Of a stretch of DNA of 64,000 nt, positions 19,903 to 30,145 are shown one piece after another. Position 1 is the stretch's first letter, and the number at the start of each line of letters is the position of its first letter. Below the pieces are notes generated by a model, which saw only the letters and a program-made list of their open reading frames with translations, had not been told where the DNA came from and ran no database searches. The stretch is from assembly GCA_963842085.1 (NCBI GenBank), contig CAWJET010000002.1, forward strand, positions 32,001-96,000, given 5' to 3'. The position numbers and the translations under genes are program-made. Source of the DNA: an uncultured delta proteobacterium. GTDB taxonomy: Bacteria > Desulfobacterota > Binatia > Binatales > Binataceae.

Positions 19903-20979
19903 ATGAGTGACGCAGGGCGCCGCCCTCAATCCGTGCGGCGTGTCGTTTTCGTTGTTGCCGCCGTCGCATTTGTGTTCGCAATCACCTCCGTGCCTCACGC
20001 ATGGGCCGACGATCCCAACGCGGTTGTCGCCACCGTCGGCGATCATAAGATCAGCGAGAAGGACCTCGATGCGAAGGTCAAACCGCAGCTCGAGCAGATG
20101 CGTGCGGCGCTCGAGAAGCGCGTCGATCAACTGATCGCCGATAAGACCTTCGATCTCAGGCGCCAGACGCTCGAGTCGATGACCGATGACTATCTGATCG
20201 AGCAGGCCGCCCAGCGCGACAAGCTGAGCGTCAATGACTACCTCAAGCAAGAGTACTCCGGCAAATCGGCGGTGACCGAAGCCGCCGCGAAGAAGTTTTA
20301 CGATCAGAACAAGGGCGCCGGTACCGCGCCGTTCGACCAGATCAAGCCGCAGCTGATGCAGATGTTGAACCGCCAGGCGCTGCTCCAACGCCTGCGCAAG
20401 GATGAGCCGGTCAAGATTTTGCTCGAGCCTCAGCGCGTAGCGGTGAACAGCAGCGGGCATCCGGTGCTCGGCGCCAAGGATGCGCCCGTCACCATCGTCG
20501 AGTTCACCGACTTCCAGTGTCCGTTTTGCAAGGCGACCGAAGCCACTCTGAAGCAGTTGCGCGAGAAATATGGCGACAAGATTCGCCTCGTGCATATGGA
20601 CTTCCCACTGCCGTTCCATTCGCATGCGCTTGACGCCGCGAAGGCCGCGCGATGCGCCAACGAGCAGGGCAAGTTCTGGCCCTACCGCGACGCGCTGTTC
20701 GCCAATCAAGGCAAGCTGGCGCCCGCCGACCTGAAGGCTACGGCCAAGACGCTCGGCATGAATACCACTGAGTTCGACGCGTGCTTTGACAAGGCGAAGT
20801 ACGACAGCCAGATCAAGAGCGATCAGGCTGCCGGCGAGAAAGCCGGCGTGGACGGGACCCCGGCGTTCTTCATTGATGGCCGGCCTCTGACCGGGGCGCA
20901 GCCCATTCCCAAGTTCGAAGAGCTGATCAACGACGAGCTGGCTAACGGCGGCGCCACCAAGCAGGCGTCGGCACGTTAG
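19903..20979 (+). CDS. DsbA-family oxidoreductase with SurA-like N-terminal domain
   Basis: FTDFQCPFC, DFPL, GVDGTPAFFI. Confidence 0.92.
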   Translation: MSDAGRRPQSVRRVVFVVAAVAFVFAITSVPHAWADDPNAVVATVGDHKISEKDLDAKVKPQLEQMRAALEKRVDQLIADKTFDLRRQTLESMTDDYLIEQAAQRDKLSVNDYLKQEYSGKSAVTEAAAKKFYDQNKGAGTAPFDQIKPQLMQMLNRQALLQRLRKDEPVKILLEPQRVAVNSSGHPVLGAKDAPVTIVEFTDFQCPFCKATEATLKQLREKYGDKIRLVHMDFPLPFHSHALDAAKAARCANEQGKFWPYRDALFANQGKLAPADLKATAKTLGMNTTEFDACFDKAKYDSQIKSDQAAGEKAGVDGTPAFFIDGRPLTGAQPIPKFEELINDELANGGATKQASAR

Positions 20980-21009
20980 ATTTTTCTCGACCTGCAGTTA
21001 CTTATGTTT

Positions 21010-21047
21010 TCCGGCGCCGACTTCGAGCCGGCGCCGGATTTTCTTTT
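21010..21047 (+). terminator. Rho-independent terminator
   Basis: TCCGGCGCCG/CGGCGCCGGA stem followed by TTTTCTTTT. Confidence 0.8.
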
Positions 21048-21178
21048 GGCGTGCGCAGGGCCAAAATGACCCGCGCTTCCAACTTAAACGATGGTCGGCT
21101 TGCCTTCCTCAGTCGTTTAACCTTAAATTCATTCAGCATTGATCAATTTATTGGGAGGCCGGTGGGTTCATCGATTTT

Positions 21179-21619
21179 ATGGCGATTAGCTTTCCTTCGA
21201 CCGAATATTTCGAGGCGCTTAAGGCGCAGATGGCCGCGAACGAGGAAAAGTTCCGGCGCTTGGGGTTTATCGACACGACCTTCGGCGTCAGCGTCGGCCT
21301 CAACGGCAAGGCGCGCAACTTCGTGCTCGAGTTCGAGGTCTTCGACCTCAAGAACATCAGCGAAGTGCCGGCGATCGATCTCAAGAAAGTCGACTTCAAG
21401 ATCGAGGGCGACTCGCGCGTGTGGCGCGAGATGATCGAGAACATCCGGCGCAACGGCGAGGCGGATTCCTCGCACGACATCAATACGCTGGCGCATTTCG
21501 GCGAGCGTCTGAAGATTGTCTATGACGATCCCGACGGTCACGACAAACTTTACCGGTTCATGGAATCGATCCAGGAATTTTTTGACCTGTCGAGCAAGCT
21601 CGAAGTGAGTTTCAACTAG
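21179..21619 (+). CDS. SCP2-like (lipid-binding fold) hypothetical protein
   Basis: FPS.EYF N-terminus and DFKIEG...W.EM pattern. Confidence 0.55.
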   Translation: MAISFPSTEYFEALKAQMAANEEKFRRLGFIDTTFGVSVGLNGKARNFVLEFEVFDLKNISEVPAIDLKKVDFKIEGDSRVWREMIENIRRNGEADSSHDINTLAHFGERLKIVYDDPDGHDKLYRFMESIQEFFDLSSKLEVSFN

Positions 21620-21641
21620 CAAGCGCGGAGGCGCGGCGACG

Positions 21642-22787
21642 ATGGCATACCTTTCGACCACGGATTTCAGCCAGGACAAGGACTTCATCGACAAGTGGCT
21701 CTATACGATAAGGACCGGCGAGATGGACCTGTCGTGGATGAAGTCGGCGACCGAGAAAGTAAGTCCCGAAGAAGCCAACCCGCGCCGCGGGTTGACCTAT
21801 CGCGATCTTAACCTCGGAACCTATGGCTACACCGACATACCCGAAAAGGTCCGCTCGAATCGATCCTATGCGCCGCGCGGCGCCGAGATTCCCGAGGGCG
21901 TGCCCGATGCGCAGCCGTGGGTCTCGCGCAAGAGCGAGCTATGGGCGTTCAACACCGAGAGCTATTACGAGGAAGCGGTGTCGCGCCAGTGGAATGCTAC
22001 CACCGACATTCCGTGGGACCGCCTGGACGGGGTCGAGCTGCCCGAGGTGACGGGCAAGGCGCTGTCGCAGTTGATGACGTTTCTGACCGAAGTGGAAATG
22101 ATCGCGACCGACACGCCGGCGATGTGGCTGCCGCGGCTGAATCCCGACTTTATCGAGGTGCGCTCCTTTATCGCGGCGCAGGCGATGGACGAGGCGCGTC
22201 ACGCGGAGGTGTTCCGCAAGCGCGCGCTCACCACCGGCTGGGGCCTGATGCAGGCGAGCCCGATCAACGAGATGGCGCTGAAGCATCTGCGCGACGCCGA
22301 TTCGTTCAGCGAGATGTCGGTGGCGCTGCACCTGGTGGCGGAGGGCAACGTGCTGACGCTGTTCCGCTTCAGCGAATACCTGTCGCCGACCGATGTTGAC
22401 AAGAAAATTTTCAGGCTCGTGATGCAGGACGAAGCGCGGCACGTCGGCTACGGCATGCAGCATTTCAAATACGTGCTCGAGCACTTTCCCGAGAAGCGCG
22501 AAGTGCTGCACGCGCATCTGGACGAAGCCGAAAACATTTCGTTTGCCGGCGCGGCCGCGACCGAACTGACCGAGGCGTTTATTATTCTGGCCGGCGGCGG
22601 GCTCAAGAAGGAAAATATCGAACAAGGCATTCGCGTCACTACCCAGTTCAATCTCAAGCAGATGCAGGAGCATTTCGAGCGCCTGGATAAGTGCGGGATG
22701 CCGGAGCGCCGGGAGCGTTCGAAGCTCTTTATGATGTACGAGATGGGACGCGCCGCGGCCGAAGCTGCGGGAATCAAGCTGAACTAG
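21642..22787 (+). CDS. Ferritin-like diiron protein with intact ligands
   Basis: TEVE, DEARH, AEG, DEARH. Confidence 0.85.
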   Translation: MAYLSTTDFSQDKDFIDKWLYTIRTGEMDLSWMKSATEKVSPEEANPRRGLTYRDLNLGTYGYTDIPEKVRSNRSYAPRGAEIPEGVPDAQPWVSRKSELWAFNTESYYEEAVSRQWNATTDIPWDRLDGVELPEVTGKALSQLMTFLTEVEMIATDTPAMWLPRLNPDFIEVRSFIAAQAMDEARHAEVFRKRALTTGWGLMQASPINEMALKHLRDADSFSEMSVALHLVAEGNVLTLFRFSEYLSPTDVDKKIFRLVMQDEARHVGYGMQHFKYVLEHFPEKREVLHAHLDEAENISFAGAAATELTEAFIILAGGGLKKENIEQGIRVTTQFNLKQMQEHFERLDKCGMPERRERSKLFMMYEMGRAAAEAAGIKLN

Positions 22788-22803
22788 ATCTTTGACTCCG
22801 GTT

Positions 22804-22837
22804 CCCCTTCCCGCGTGGGAAAGGGTCAGGGGTTAGG
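22804..22837. repeat. REP-like palindromic element
   Basis: CCCCTTCCCGCGTGGGAAAGGGTCAGGGGTTAGG resembles the common ccctctccc...gggagaggg..agggtgagg repeat. Confidence 0.55.
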
Positions 22838-22887
22838 CTAGCCAGACCTGCAGCGCATTCTGAGGAAGTTCTAACGAGGCAGCTTAA

Positions 22888-24003
22888 GTGGCATTTTACG
22901 CTGACAAGGATTACACAGTCGATGAGACGGTCCTCCAAGCCGCGCAGAAGGTGATGGAGGGGCACTTGGGCCTGCATTGGTACGATGCCAAGACCGAACA
23001 CATAGCGGGGCACGCGTCGGACCCAAAGCGGGGACTTACCTACCAGGACCTCGACATCGGCAGCTACGGCTACACCAGCATTCCTGAGGACGTCCGCACC
23101 AGCCAGTCGATGGTGTCGCGCGGGAGTGAGAAGGTCGGCAAGCTGCCCGACATGGGCTACGTCGTGAATCGCAAATCGGATGTATGGTCCGACAACGTCG
23201 CCGAGCTTTACGAAGAGGACAAGGCTCGGCGATGGGTCCCGGCGATCGACATCCCATGGACCGAACTGCATGCGCATCCGCTGGCGCCCGAACTCGAGAA
23301 GGCGTGCGCGCAGCTATACACGTTTCTGCAGGAATGCCAGATCGTGTCGATGGACTTCCCCTCGAAGTGGGTGGCGCTGATCAACCAGGACTTCCTCGAG
23401 CTGAAGAGCTGGATGTGCGCGCAGATGCTCGACGCGTCGCGGCTGTTCGAGGTGTTTCGCAAGCGCGCGCTCTTCGGCGGGGCCGGACTCGGGCGCGCCA
23501 GTGCGACGGCGGAGCAGGGACTCAAGGAATGGCTGTGGGCGGATCAGTTTCCGCAGGGCTCCGTTTCGATCAACTTGTCGCTCGCGGGATTCCTGCTGGT
23601 CGTATATCGGCAGATCGCCGCATTTGCGCCGACTAACGTCGATCGCAGGATCATGCGCTACGCGATGCAGGACGCGGCACGGCAGACCGCGTATGGACTT
23701 GGACAACTGCGCTACCATTTGAAGCATCGCCCGCTCGAAGCGAGCGCGATTGAGGGCTATCTCGATCACACCGAGCACGCGCTGCTCGGACTGATTGGGA
23801 GTCCCGAACTGCTGGAGCCGATGATCATCGTCTGCGGCGGCGGACTCGAAAAGGCGCAGGTCGATAAGGGCCGCGTCGCGACCGCGAAGTTCATCAAGCT
23901 GGTCGTACGCGAGTACATGGAGCGAATCGCGGCGGCGGGCCTGGCAGGACACGCCAAGCGCAGCAAGATCCCCACCCTCGTAGATCGCATCGCCGCCGCA
24001 TAG
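22888..24003 (+). CDS. Ferritin-like paralog lacking diiron ligands
   Basis: Shares RGLTY.DL..G.YGY and DIPW with the upstream gene; DEARH replaced by DASRL and DAARQ. Confidence 0.8.
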   Translation: MAFYADKDYTVDETVLQAAQKVMEGHLGLHWYDAKTEHIAGHASDPKRGLTYQDLDIGSYGYTSIPEDVRTSQSMVSRGSEKVGKLPDMGYVVNRKSDVWSDNVAELYEEDKARRWVPAIDIPWTELHAHPLAPELEKACAQLYTFLQECQIVSMDFPSKWVALINQDFLELKSWMCAQMLDASRLFEVFRKRALFGGAGLGRASATAEQGLKEWLWADQFPQGSVSINLSLAGFLLVVYRQIAAFAPTNVDRRIMRYAMQDAARQTAYGLGQLRYHLKHRPLEASAIEGYLDHTEHALLGLIGSPELLEPMIIVCGGGLEKAQVDKGRVATAKFIKLVVREYMERIAAAGLAGHAKRSKIPTLVDRIAAA

Positions 24004-24112
24004 GTTTTCCCCTCTCTGTTTCTTCCCCTCTCCCTGCGATTGATCTCGACAGGGTTCTTAACAGTCGCGATGCGTGTTTTCTGGCTTATGCGCGACTGCT
24101 AAAGTCTTTGGC

Positions 24113-26146
24113 ATGCCAAATCGTGGTTCTGTTATGATTGCCGGCGCGCCGGAGACGGCGGATTGTTCCCTTGGGGAGCAGACCGGCGCTCCCGACGACC
24201 CCGACCAACCTGGCCGCGGCTTTTTCGAGCGCCTCTTTGATCGCTTCGTTCCGCGAACTGCCCTGGCGCGCTTCCTCGGTTACGTGCGGCCGCATCTGTG
24301 GCTGGTGGCGGGCGGCTCCGTCATGGGCATCCTGAAATTCACGCTGCCGCTCGCGTTTCCGCTCGCCTTCAAATACGTGTTCGACGTTTTACTGGTTCCG
24401 GAGGCGCATCCTGAGCGTTTGAACTCGATGATCGACGGGTGGTGCCGCGCAATTGCCGCGACGCTGCATCTGGGCGTGGGCTCTGCTGCCAAGCTCGAAG
24501 CTTTGACCGTTGCGATGTTCGCGCTGTTCCTCGTCCAGGCGATCGCGACCTACTATCGCAATTACTGGGCGAGCATGGCGGGGCATCGCTTGATCTTCGA
24601 CCTGCGCTACGCGCTGTACAAGCACATGCAGCGCCTATCGCATTCGTTTTTCGATCGCACGACGTCGGGTGCAGTGGTCGCGCGGTTCATCTCCGACATC
24701 TCGATGGCGCAGAACTTCGTCGGCTCGGCGATGATCAACATCTGGATGGACGGCGTGTCGCTGGGTTTCGTGATTTGGCTGCTGTTCTCTCTGAACGTGC
24801 GGCTGGCGTGGATTTCGCTGATCATCGTTCCATTTTATGTCGCGGTGATCAGGATTCTGTCGCCGAAGATCAAGGAGACGAGTCACGACCTGCAGGAAGT
24901 GGTCGAGGAGTTTTCGGGCGAGTTGCAGGAGCGTGTCGCTGGCATCTCGACCGTCAAATCGTTCGCGCGCGAAGCCGACGAGGCGCGCCGGTTCCATCAG
25001 CGCACAACCGAAATGTACGACCTGACGATCGAGAGCGTGAAGCTTTCGTCAACCCATCAGATGTTCACCGAGTTCATCTCGCGCGGCGCTCCGCTGATCG
25101 TGATCTGGGCCGGCGCGCTGATGATCATGCACGGCAAAATGACCATCGGCACCGTGGTCGCGTTCTTCGGCCTTCTCCCAGCGCTCTACCTGCCGCTGCA
25201 GCGCTTCTCGGAGTTGTCGGTGATTGTGGCGACAGCCCTGGCGGCCATCGAGCGGATCTTCGCGTTCTTCGACGAGACGCCCGAGGTGCATGACCGGTCC
25301 GGCGCGTCAGCGCTGAAAGTGAAGCGCGGACTGGTCGAGATCGAGCATCTGCGCTTTGGCTACAAGCCGCTCGACGGCGGGCCGCTGCGCATCACGCTGG
25401 ACGACGTGAACCTTGCCGTGCCCGCAGGGACAACGGTGGCGCTGGTTGGGCGTTCGGGGGCCGGCAAGACCACGCTCGCCAGCCTGATTCCGCGATTTTA
25501 CGAGCTCGCCGCCGGCCGCATTCTGATCGACGGCACCGACATTTCGACGGTGACACTGAAGTCGTTGCGCGATTCGATCGGGATCGTGCCGCAGGACGCG
25601 ATCCTGTTCAGCGCGTCGATTCGCGAGAACGTGCAATACGGGCAGCCCGGCGCGCCCGATGGGAACATCTGGCGAGCGCTCGAGCAGGCCAACATCCGCG
25701 ACTTCGTCGAGTCGCTGCCCGACAGGCTCGACACGATGATAGGCGAGGGCGGAGTGCGGCCTTCGACCGGCCAGCGGCAGCGCCTGGCGCTCGCGCGCGT
25801 GTTTCTGAAAAACCCGCCGATTTTGATTCTCGACGAAGCGACGTCGGGACTCGACTCGGAAGTCGAAAACCTGATTCACGACGCGGTGCGCCGCCTGATG
25901 AAGGGACGGACGTCGTTCGTGATTGCGCATCGGCTCGCCAGCGCCGTCGATGCGGACGTGATCGTGGTGCTCGATCGCGGGAAGATCGTCGAGGTCGGCT
26001 CGCATGCGGAGCTGGTGAAGCGCGCCGGCGTCTATTCACAACTCTTCAACGAGCAGACTCGCAAGCTGCGCCTGACGCCCGAGCATATCGCGCGTGCGCC
26101 TGGCTCGTTGAGTCCTGCGCCGGTTGCAGAAGATCGTACTGACTAG
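24113..26146 (+). CDS. ABC exporter half-transporter (Sav1866/MsbA-like)
   Basis: TM domain, GRSGAGKT, PSTGQ signature, ILILDEATS, IAHRL. Confidence 0.92.
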   Translation: MPNRGSVMIAGAPETADCSLGEQTGAPDDPDQPGRGFFERLFDRFVPRTALARFLGYVRPHLWLVAGGSVMGILKFTLPLAFPLAFKYVFDVLLVPEAHPERLNSMIDGWCRAIAATLHLGVGSAAKLEALTVAMFALFLVQAIATYYRNYWASMAGHRLIFDLRYALYKHMQRLSHSFFDRTTSGAVVARFISDISMAQNFVGSAMINIWMDGVSLGFVIWLLFSLNVRLAWISLIIVPFYVAVIRILSPKIKETSHDLQEVVEEFSGELQERVAGISTVKSFAREADEARRFHQRTTEMYDLTIESVKLSSTHQMFTEFISRGAPLIVIWAGALMIMHGKMTIGTVVAFFGLLPALYLPLQRFSELSVIVATALAAIERIFAFFDETPEVHDRSGASALKVKRGLVEIEHLRFGYKPLDGGPLRITLDDVNLAVPAGTTVALVGRSGAGKTTLASLIPRFYELAAGRILIDGTDISTVTLKSLRDSIGIVPQDAILFSASIRENVQYGQPGAPDGNIWRALEQANIRDFVESLPDRLDTMIGEGGVRPSTGQRQRLALARVFLKNPPILILDEATSGLDSEVENLIHDAVRRLMKGRTSFVIAHRLASAVDADVIVVLDRGKIVEVGSHAELVKRAGVYSQLFNEQTRKLRLTPEHIARAPGSLSPAPVAEDRTD

Positions 26147-26176
26147 GAGTCGCGGACAGCGGGTTCGGCCCGGCGG

Positions 26177-26449
26177 CTAGAGTTCCGTAATCACGTAAGC
26201 GAACAGCGCGAAGAACGCCGCCCCTACGATCGCGTACTCCATGACTTTTCCCGTCGCGACCCTCGGCGGAGCAAACGACTTATCGTGAGTCTGGTATTTC
26301 ACAACGACAGGTCCGCCTGGTCGGTGCAGCGTCGTGCCAAACACCGTGGGAGAATTGGCGATCGACAGCACGTTGATCCGCCCGTTGGCGTGCTTCAGCC
26401 AGTCTTCATAGTCGTCGGCGTCCGAGAACTGCTTGGTGAAAATAGCCAT
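26177..26449 (-). CDS. Small protein with C-terminal TM helix
   Basis: ORF with RBS and terminal YAIVGAAFFALFAYVI. Confidence 0.55.
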   Translation of the reverse strand: MAIFTKQFSDADDYEDWLKHANGRINVLSIANSPTVFGTTLHRPGGPVVVKYQTHDKSFAPPRVATGKVMEYAIVGAAFFALFAYVITEL

Positions 26450-26549
26450 TGTAGCCACCTGATAGAGCTCAATAGGCTTGGACATGACAAAAGTAGGCAG
26501 AGCGTCGAGCTAAATCAATCCAAGTGATTCAACAACTATCTAACTTCGC

Positions 26550-27863
26550 CTATCGATATGGATAAAAAACGTAAAATAGAGCCGACAAAATGCATAAAAT
26601 CCACAATCCGGCGTGAATCTCGCGATAGTGCCCGGCGGCCAGCTTGAAAAGGGGATAAAGAACCAGCCCGGCCGTGATGCCGACGCCGATGTTGTAGGTG
26701 AAGCTCATCAGGGCAATCACTGTGAATGCGGGAATCAGTTCGGTGTAATCGTCGAAGTCGATTTTGACCACCGGCGCGACCATCATGGCGCCGACTACAA
26801 TCAACGCCGGTGCGTAGGCGGCGGCCGGGATAGCGGCGACCAGCGGCGCGAAGAACAGCGACATCGCGAACAGTGCGGCGACCACCACTGCCGTCAGGCC
26901 GGTGCGTCCGCCGACATGGACGCCCGCGGCTGACTCGATGTACGCGCCGGCGGTGGTGGTGCCCACCAGGCCCGCGAACATCGTGGCAATTGCGTCGGCA
27001 AGCATCGGGCGTTCGATCTGCGGCAACGTGCCGTCGGCGTCGAGAAATCCGGCGCGCGCGGAGACTCCGATCAGCGAGCCCATCGTGTCGATCAGCGCCA
27101 TCACGAATATCGTCAGCAGGACGCCGAAAAATCCGACGCTCAACGCGCCGCGCAGATTGATTTGCAGCATGATCGGCGCGGGATTCGGCGGCATGCTGAC
27201 CCATTGTGACGGCGGCTTCGCGACGCCCGTGACGAATGCGATCGCGGCCGAGATCAAAATCCCGAGCAGGATCGCGCCCGGCACGCGGCGGACTATCAGT
27301 ATCGCGATCAGAACGAAGCTCAGAATCGCGATCTCGACCGACGGCGTCGCAAGGTTGCCGAGCCTTACCGGTGCGCCCGGCACGCCAATCGACACGATGC
27401 CGGATTCGTTGAGTCCGATGAAAGTGAGGAACAGGCCGATTCCCACGCCGAAGCTGTAGGAGAGGCCGGGCGGAAGCGCCTCGACTATCCAGGCTCGCAC
27501 GCGCGCGACCGTCAACAGCGTGAACATCACACCCGCCAGGAACACCGCAGCCATCGCGGTTTGCCAGCTGTAGCCGAGCACCTTTACGACCGTGTATGCG
27601 ACGAATGCGTTCTCGCCCATGTAAGGCGCGATCGCGAACGGGCGATTGGCGTACAAGCCCATCACGAGCGTTCCGACCACCGCGGTCATCACGGTCGCGA
27701 CCATCGAGGGTCGTTCGGGGATGCCCGCGGCTTTCAGAATCGCTGGATTGACCGCGATTATGTACGACATCGTGACGAAGGTGGTGACGCCGGCGAGCAC
27801 CTCGCGTCGAAACGTGGTGCCGGCGAGTTCCAGGCCGAAGTAATCTGCTATTCGCGATCCCAA
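26550..27863 (-). CDS. NCS2/AzgA-family purine permease
   Basis: EVLAGVTTFVTMSYII.VNP, YIESAAG..GGRTGLTA. Confidence 0.93.
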   Translation of the reverse strand: MGSRIADYFGLELAGTTFRREVLAGVTTFVTMSYIIAVNPAILKAAGIPERPSMVATVMTAVVGTLVMGLYANRPFAIAPYMGENAFVAYTVVKVLGYSWQTAMAAVFLAGVMFTLLTVARVRAWIVEALPPGLSYSFGVGIGLFLTFIGLNESGIVSIGVPGAPVRLGNLATPSVEIAILSFVLIAILIVRRVPGAILLGILISAAIAFVTGVAKPPSQWVSMPPNPAPIMLQINLRGALSVGFFGVLLTIFVMALIDTMGSLIGVSARAGFLDADGTLPQIERPMLADAIATMFAGLVGTTTAGAYIESAAGVHVGGRTGLTAVVVAALFAMSLFFAPLVAAIPAAAYAPALIVVGAMMVAPVVKIDFDDYTELIPAFTVIALMSFTYNIGVGITAGLVLYPLFKLAAGHYREIHAGLWILCILSALFYVFYPYR

Positions 27864-28026
27864 TAGAAACCCGCCTCCGGTCCGCGCGCGAGGCCTGAAT
27901 TACCACGGCGCGCCGAGTACATGCCACAAGAATGCGCGTAAACGCGGTTTGGTATATAAGGAACGAATCGCAAGGACGGACTCACGTGCGTCGCCGCCAG
28001 GGTTCCTTCAATCGCAGAGTGAACAG

Positions 28027-28851
28027 ATGAAAGAAGAACAAGCTCAGAAGATCCCCGCGGCAAAACCAATCGCGGACGGGCCCGCACCAACGAAGCCGCC
28101 CGCGCCCGCGACGCCGCCGGCGCCCAAGTCGATAACCACACTCGCCGTGGACGTCGGCGGTACTGGGATCAAGGCAGCCGCGCTCGACGAAAAAGGCAAG
28201 ATGATAACCGAGCGGCAAAAGATCAAGACGCCGCGTAACGCGACGCCGAAGAAAGTGATCGCAATTATCGCAGAGCTCGCGAAGATGGCCGGCGCGTTCG
28301 ACCGGGTGTCGGTGGGATTCCCCGGCGTCATCAAAAATGGTGTCGTCTACACGGCGCCGAACCTTGGCAAAGGATGGAAGAACTTTCCCCTCGAGGCGGC
28401 GCTGAAGAAGAAGCTCAGGCGACCGCTGCGAATCGCCAATGACGCCGACGTACAGGGTCTCGGATGCGCGACCGGCCGCGGCGACGAGCTGGTGATCACG
28501 CTGGGCACTGGATTCGGATCGGTGCTGTTCGTCGATGGGCATCGGATTCATCTCGAGCTGGGGCATCATCCGTTTCGCAACGGCAAGACCTACGAAGACG
28601 AGCTCGGCAACCGGGCGTTCCTGAAGAAGGGCAAGAAGAAGTGGAACAAGCACCTGCGCGAAGCGATTGACGAGATGGCCAAGACGTTCAACTACGACCG
28701 GCTGTACATCGGCGGCGGCAATGCGGAGACGATCAACTTCAAGCTGCCGCCGAACGTCAAGGTGGTAAGCAATACCGAGGGCCTGCTCGGCGGTATCAAG
28801 CTGTGGCAGGATCAAGCTGTCACGAAGAGGGCGCCGCAGCGCGCGGGGTAA
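28027..28851 (+). CDS. ROK-family kinase, polyphosphate glucokinase-like
   Basis: DVGGTGIK, NDADVQG, TLGTGFGS, ELGH, GGGN. Confidence 0.85.
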   Translation: MKEEQAQKIPAAKPIADGPAPTKPPAPATPPAPKSITTLAVDVGGTGIKAAALDEKGKMITERQKIKTPRNATPKKVIAIIAELAKMAGAFDRVSVGFPGVIKNGVVYTAPNLGKGWKNFPLEAALKKKLRRPLRIANDADVQGLGCATGRGDELVITLGTGFGSVLFVDGHRIHLELGHHPFRNGKTYEDELGNRAFLKKGKKKWNKHLREAIDEMAKTFNYDRLYIGGGNAETINFKLPPNVKVVSNTEGLLGGIKLWQDQAVTKRAPQRAG

Positions 28852-28863
28852 ACGGGAGATGCG

Positions 28864-29784
28864 ATGAGAGTCATGCTGGCGGGCGCGACGGGCGCGATCG
28901 GTCGGCCGCTGATCGGTTGCTTGAGAGAAGCCGGTCACACTGTGTTTGGGCTGGCGCGTTCGCCGGAATCGGCGCGTGCGCTGGCCGAGGCAGGTGCCGG
29001 GGTGGTCATGGCGGATGCGCTGGAAGCGGCCGCTGTAAGAGCGGCGATTGCACGCGTTCAGCCGCACGCGGTCATCAACGAGCTGACCTCGCTGCCCGCG
29101 CACTACACGCCGGCGGAAATGAAAGCCGCGGCCGAGCGCGATCGCAAAGTTAGAATCGAAGGCAACGCAAACCTGCTGGCGGCGCTCCACGATGCGGGTG
29201 TGCGCCGCTACATTCTGCAATCGTCGGGATTTTGGTACGCGCCAGGCGCGGGGCTGGCCGATGAGTCGGCGCCGTTTGCACTTGACGCATCGCCGGCGGT
29301 GGCAGCCGGCGCTCACACCTATGCCGAACTGGAATCGTTGGCATCGCGAACGCCGGGTATAGAGTGGGTTGCCCTGCGCTACGGATTTTTCTATGGGCCG
29401 GGCACCTGGTATTGCAGCGAAGGCGACATGGGCGATCAGGTACGACAACAGTGGATCCCGGTCATCGGCGCTGGCGAAGGTGTGTGGAGCTGGGTGCACA
29501 TCGAGGACGCCGCCGCAGCCACGGTCGCGGCACTTGACTGCGCTCCGGGCGCGTACAACGTCGTGGACAGTGAACCGACGCCCCAGCGCGAATGGCTGCC
29601 CGCCTTTGCTCGGGCCGTCGGCGCGCCGCCGCCTCCCACCGTAACAGAGCAGCAAGCTCTGGACACATTTGGAGCGGATACCGTCTATTACGCGACGCGG
29701 CTGCGCGGGGCGTCAAACGACAAGGCCAGACGCGAGCTGCACTTTCGCCCACGCCCGCTCGAGTGGCTCCAGCCCGTCCCGTGA
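28864..29784 (+). CDS. NAD-dependent epimerase/dehydratase family
   Basis: GATGAIG, LRYGFFYGPG, VHIEDAA. Confidence 0.9.
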   Translation: MRVMLAGATGAIGRPLIGCLREAGHTVFGLARSPESARALAEAGAGVVMADALEAAAVRAAIARVQPHAVINELTSLPAHYTPAEMKAAAERDRKVRIEGNANLLAALHDAGVRRYILQSSGFWYAPGAGLADESAPFALDASPAVAAGAHTYAELESLASRTPGIEWVALRYGFFYGPGTWYCSEGDMGDQVRQQWIPVIGAGEGVWSWVHIEDAAAATVAALDCAPGAYNVVDSEPTPQREWLPAFARAVGAPPPPTVTEQQALDTFGADTVYYATRLRGASNDKARRELHFRPRPLEWLQPVP

Positions 29785-29844
29785 ACTGCGCGGACACTCA
29801 GCTAGTCGCCCCGCCACCGCGAATGCGATAAATGCTTAAGCCCT

Positions 29845-29934
29845 GGAGGGGTGGCCGAGTGGTTGAAGGCACCGGTCTTGAAAACCGGCAGGGATGAAAG
29901 TCCCTCGTGGGTTCGAATCCCACCCCCTCCGCCA
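29845..29934 (+). tRNA. tRNA-Ser(TGA)
   Basis: GGAGGGG acceptor stem, CCGGT-CT-TGA-AA-ACCGG anticodon arm, long variable arm, GTTCGAATCC, CCA end. Confidence 0.97.
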
Positions 29935-30145
29935 GGGAGTCCTCGAAACTGCAATTCCCGACAATCTCAGGTGGGTCTGCGCCGGCAGGGCGAGTCACGA
30001 GTGGGTCTTTTGGATGCATGATCGACTTTGGCAAATATATCCACGACTCAAATCTCCTCTCTCGGTCTGCCCTTTTTGTGACGCCGAGCTTGGCAGCAAC
30101 CTTGCTTCTGATTCGCAGCCTGTCTGCGAGGTCGAGGTAAGGCAG

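Noticed and set aside
21642-24003. Methane/alkane monooxygenase or ribonucleotide reductase beta
   Set aside because: Too short for an sMMO alpha chain; no coupling protein, reductase or nrdA adjacent
27982-29655. Long antisense or alternate-frame ORFs (also 46780-48180, 61269-62303 and many others)
   Set aside because: Shadow ORFs typical of high-GC DNA, overlapping well-supported genes and lacking motifs
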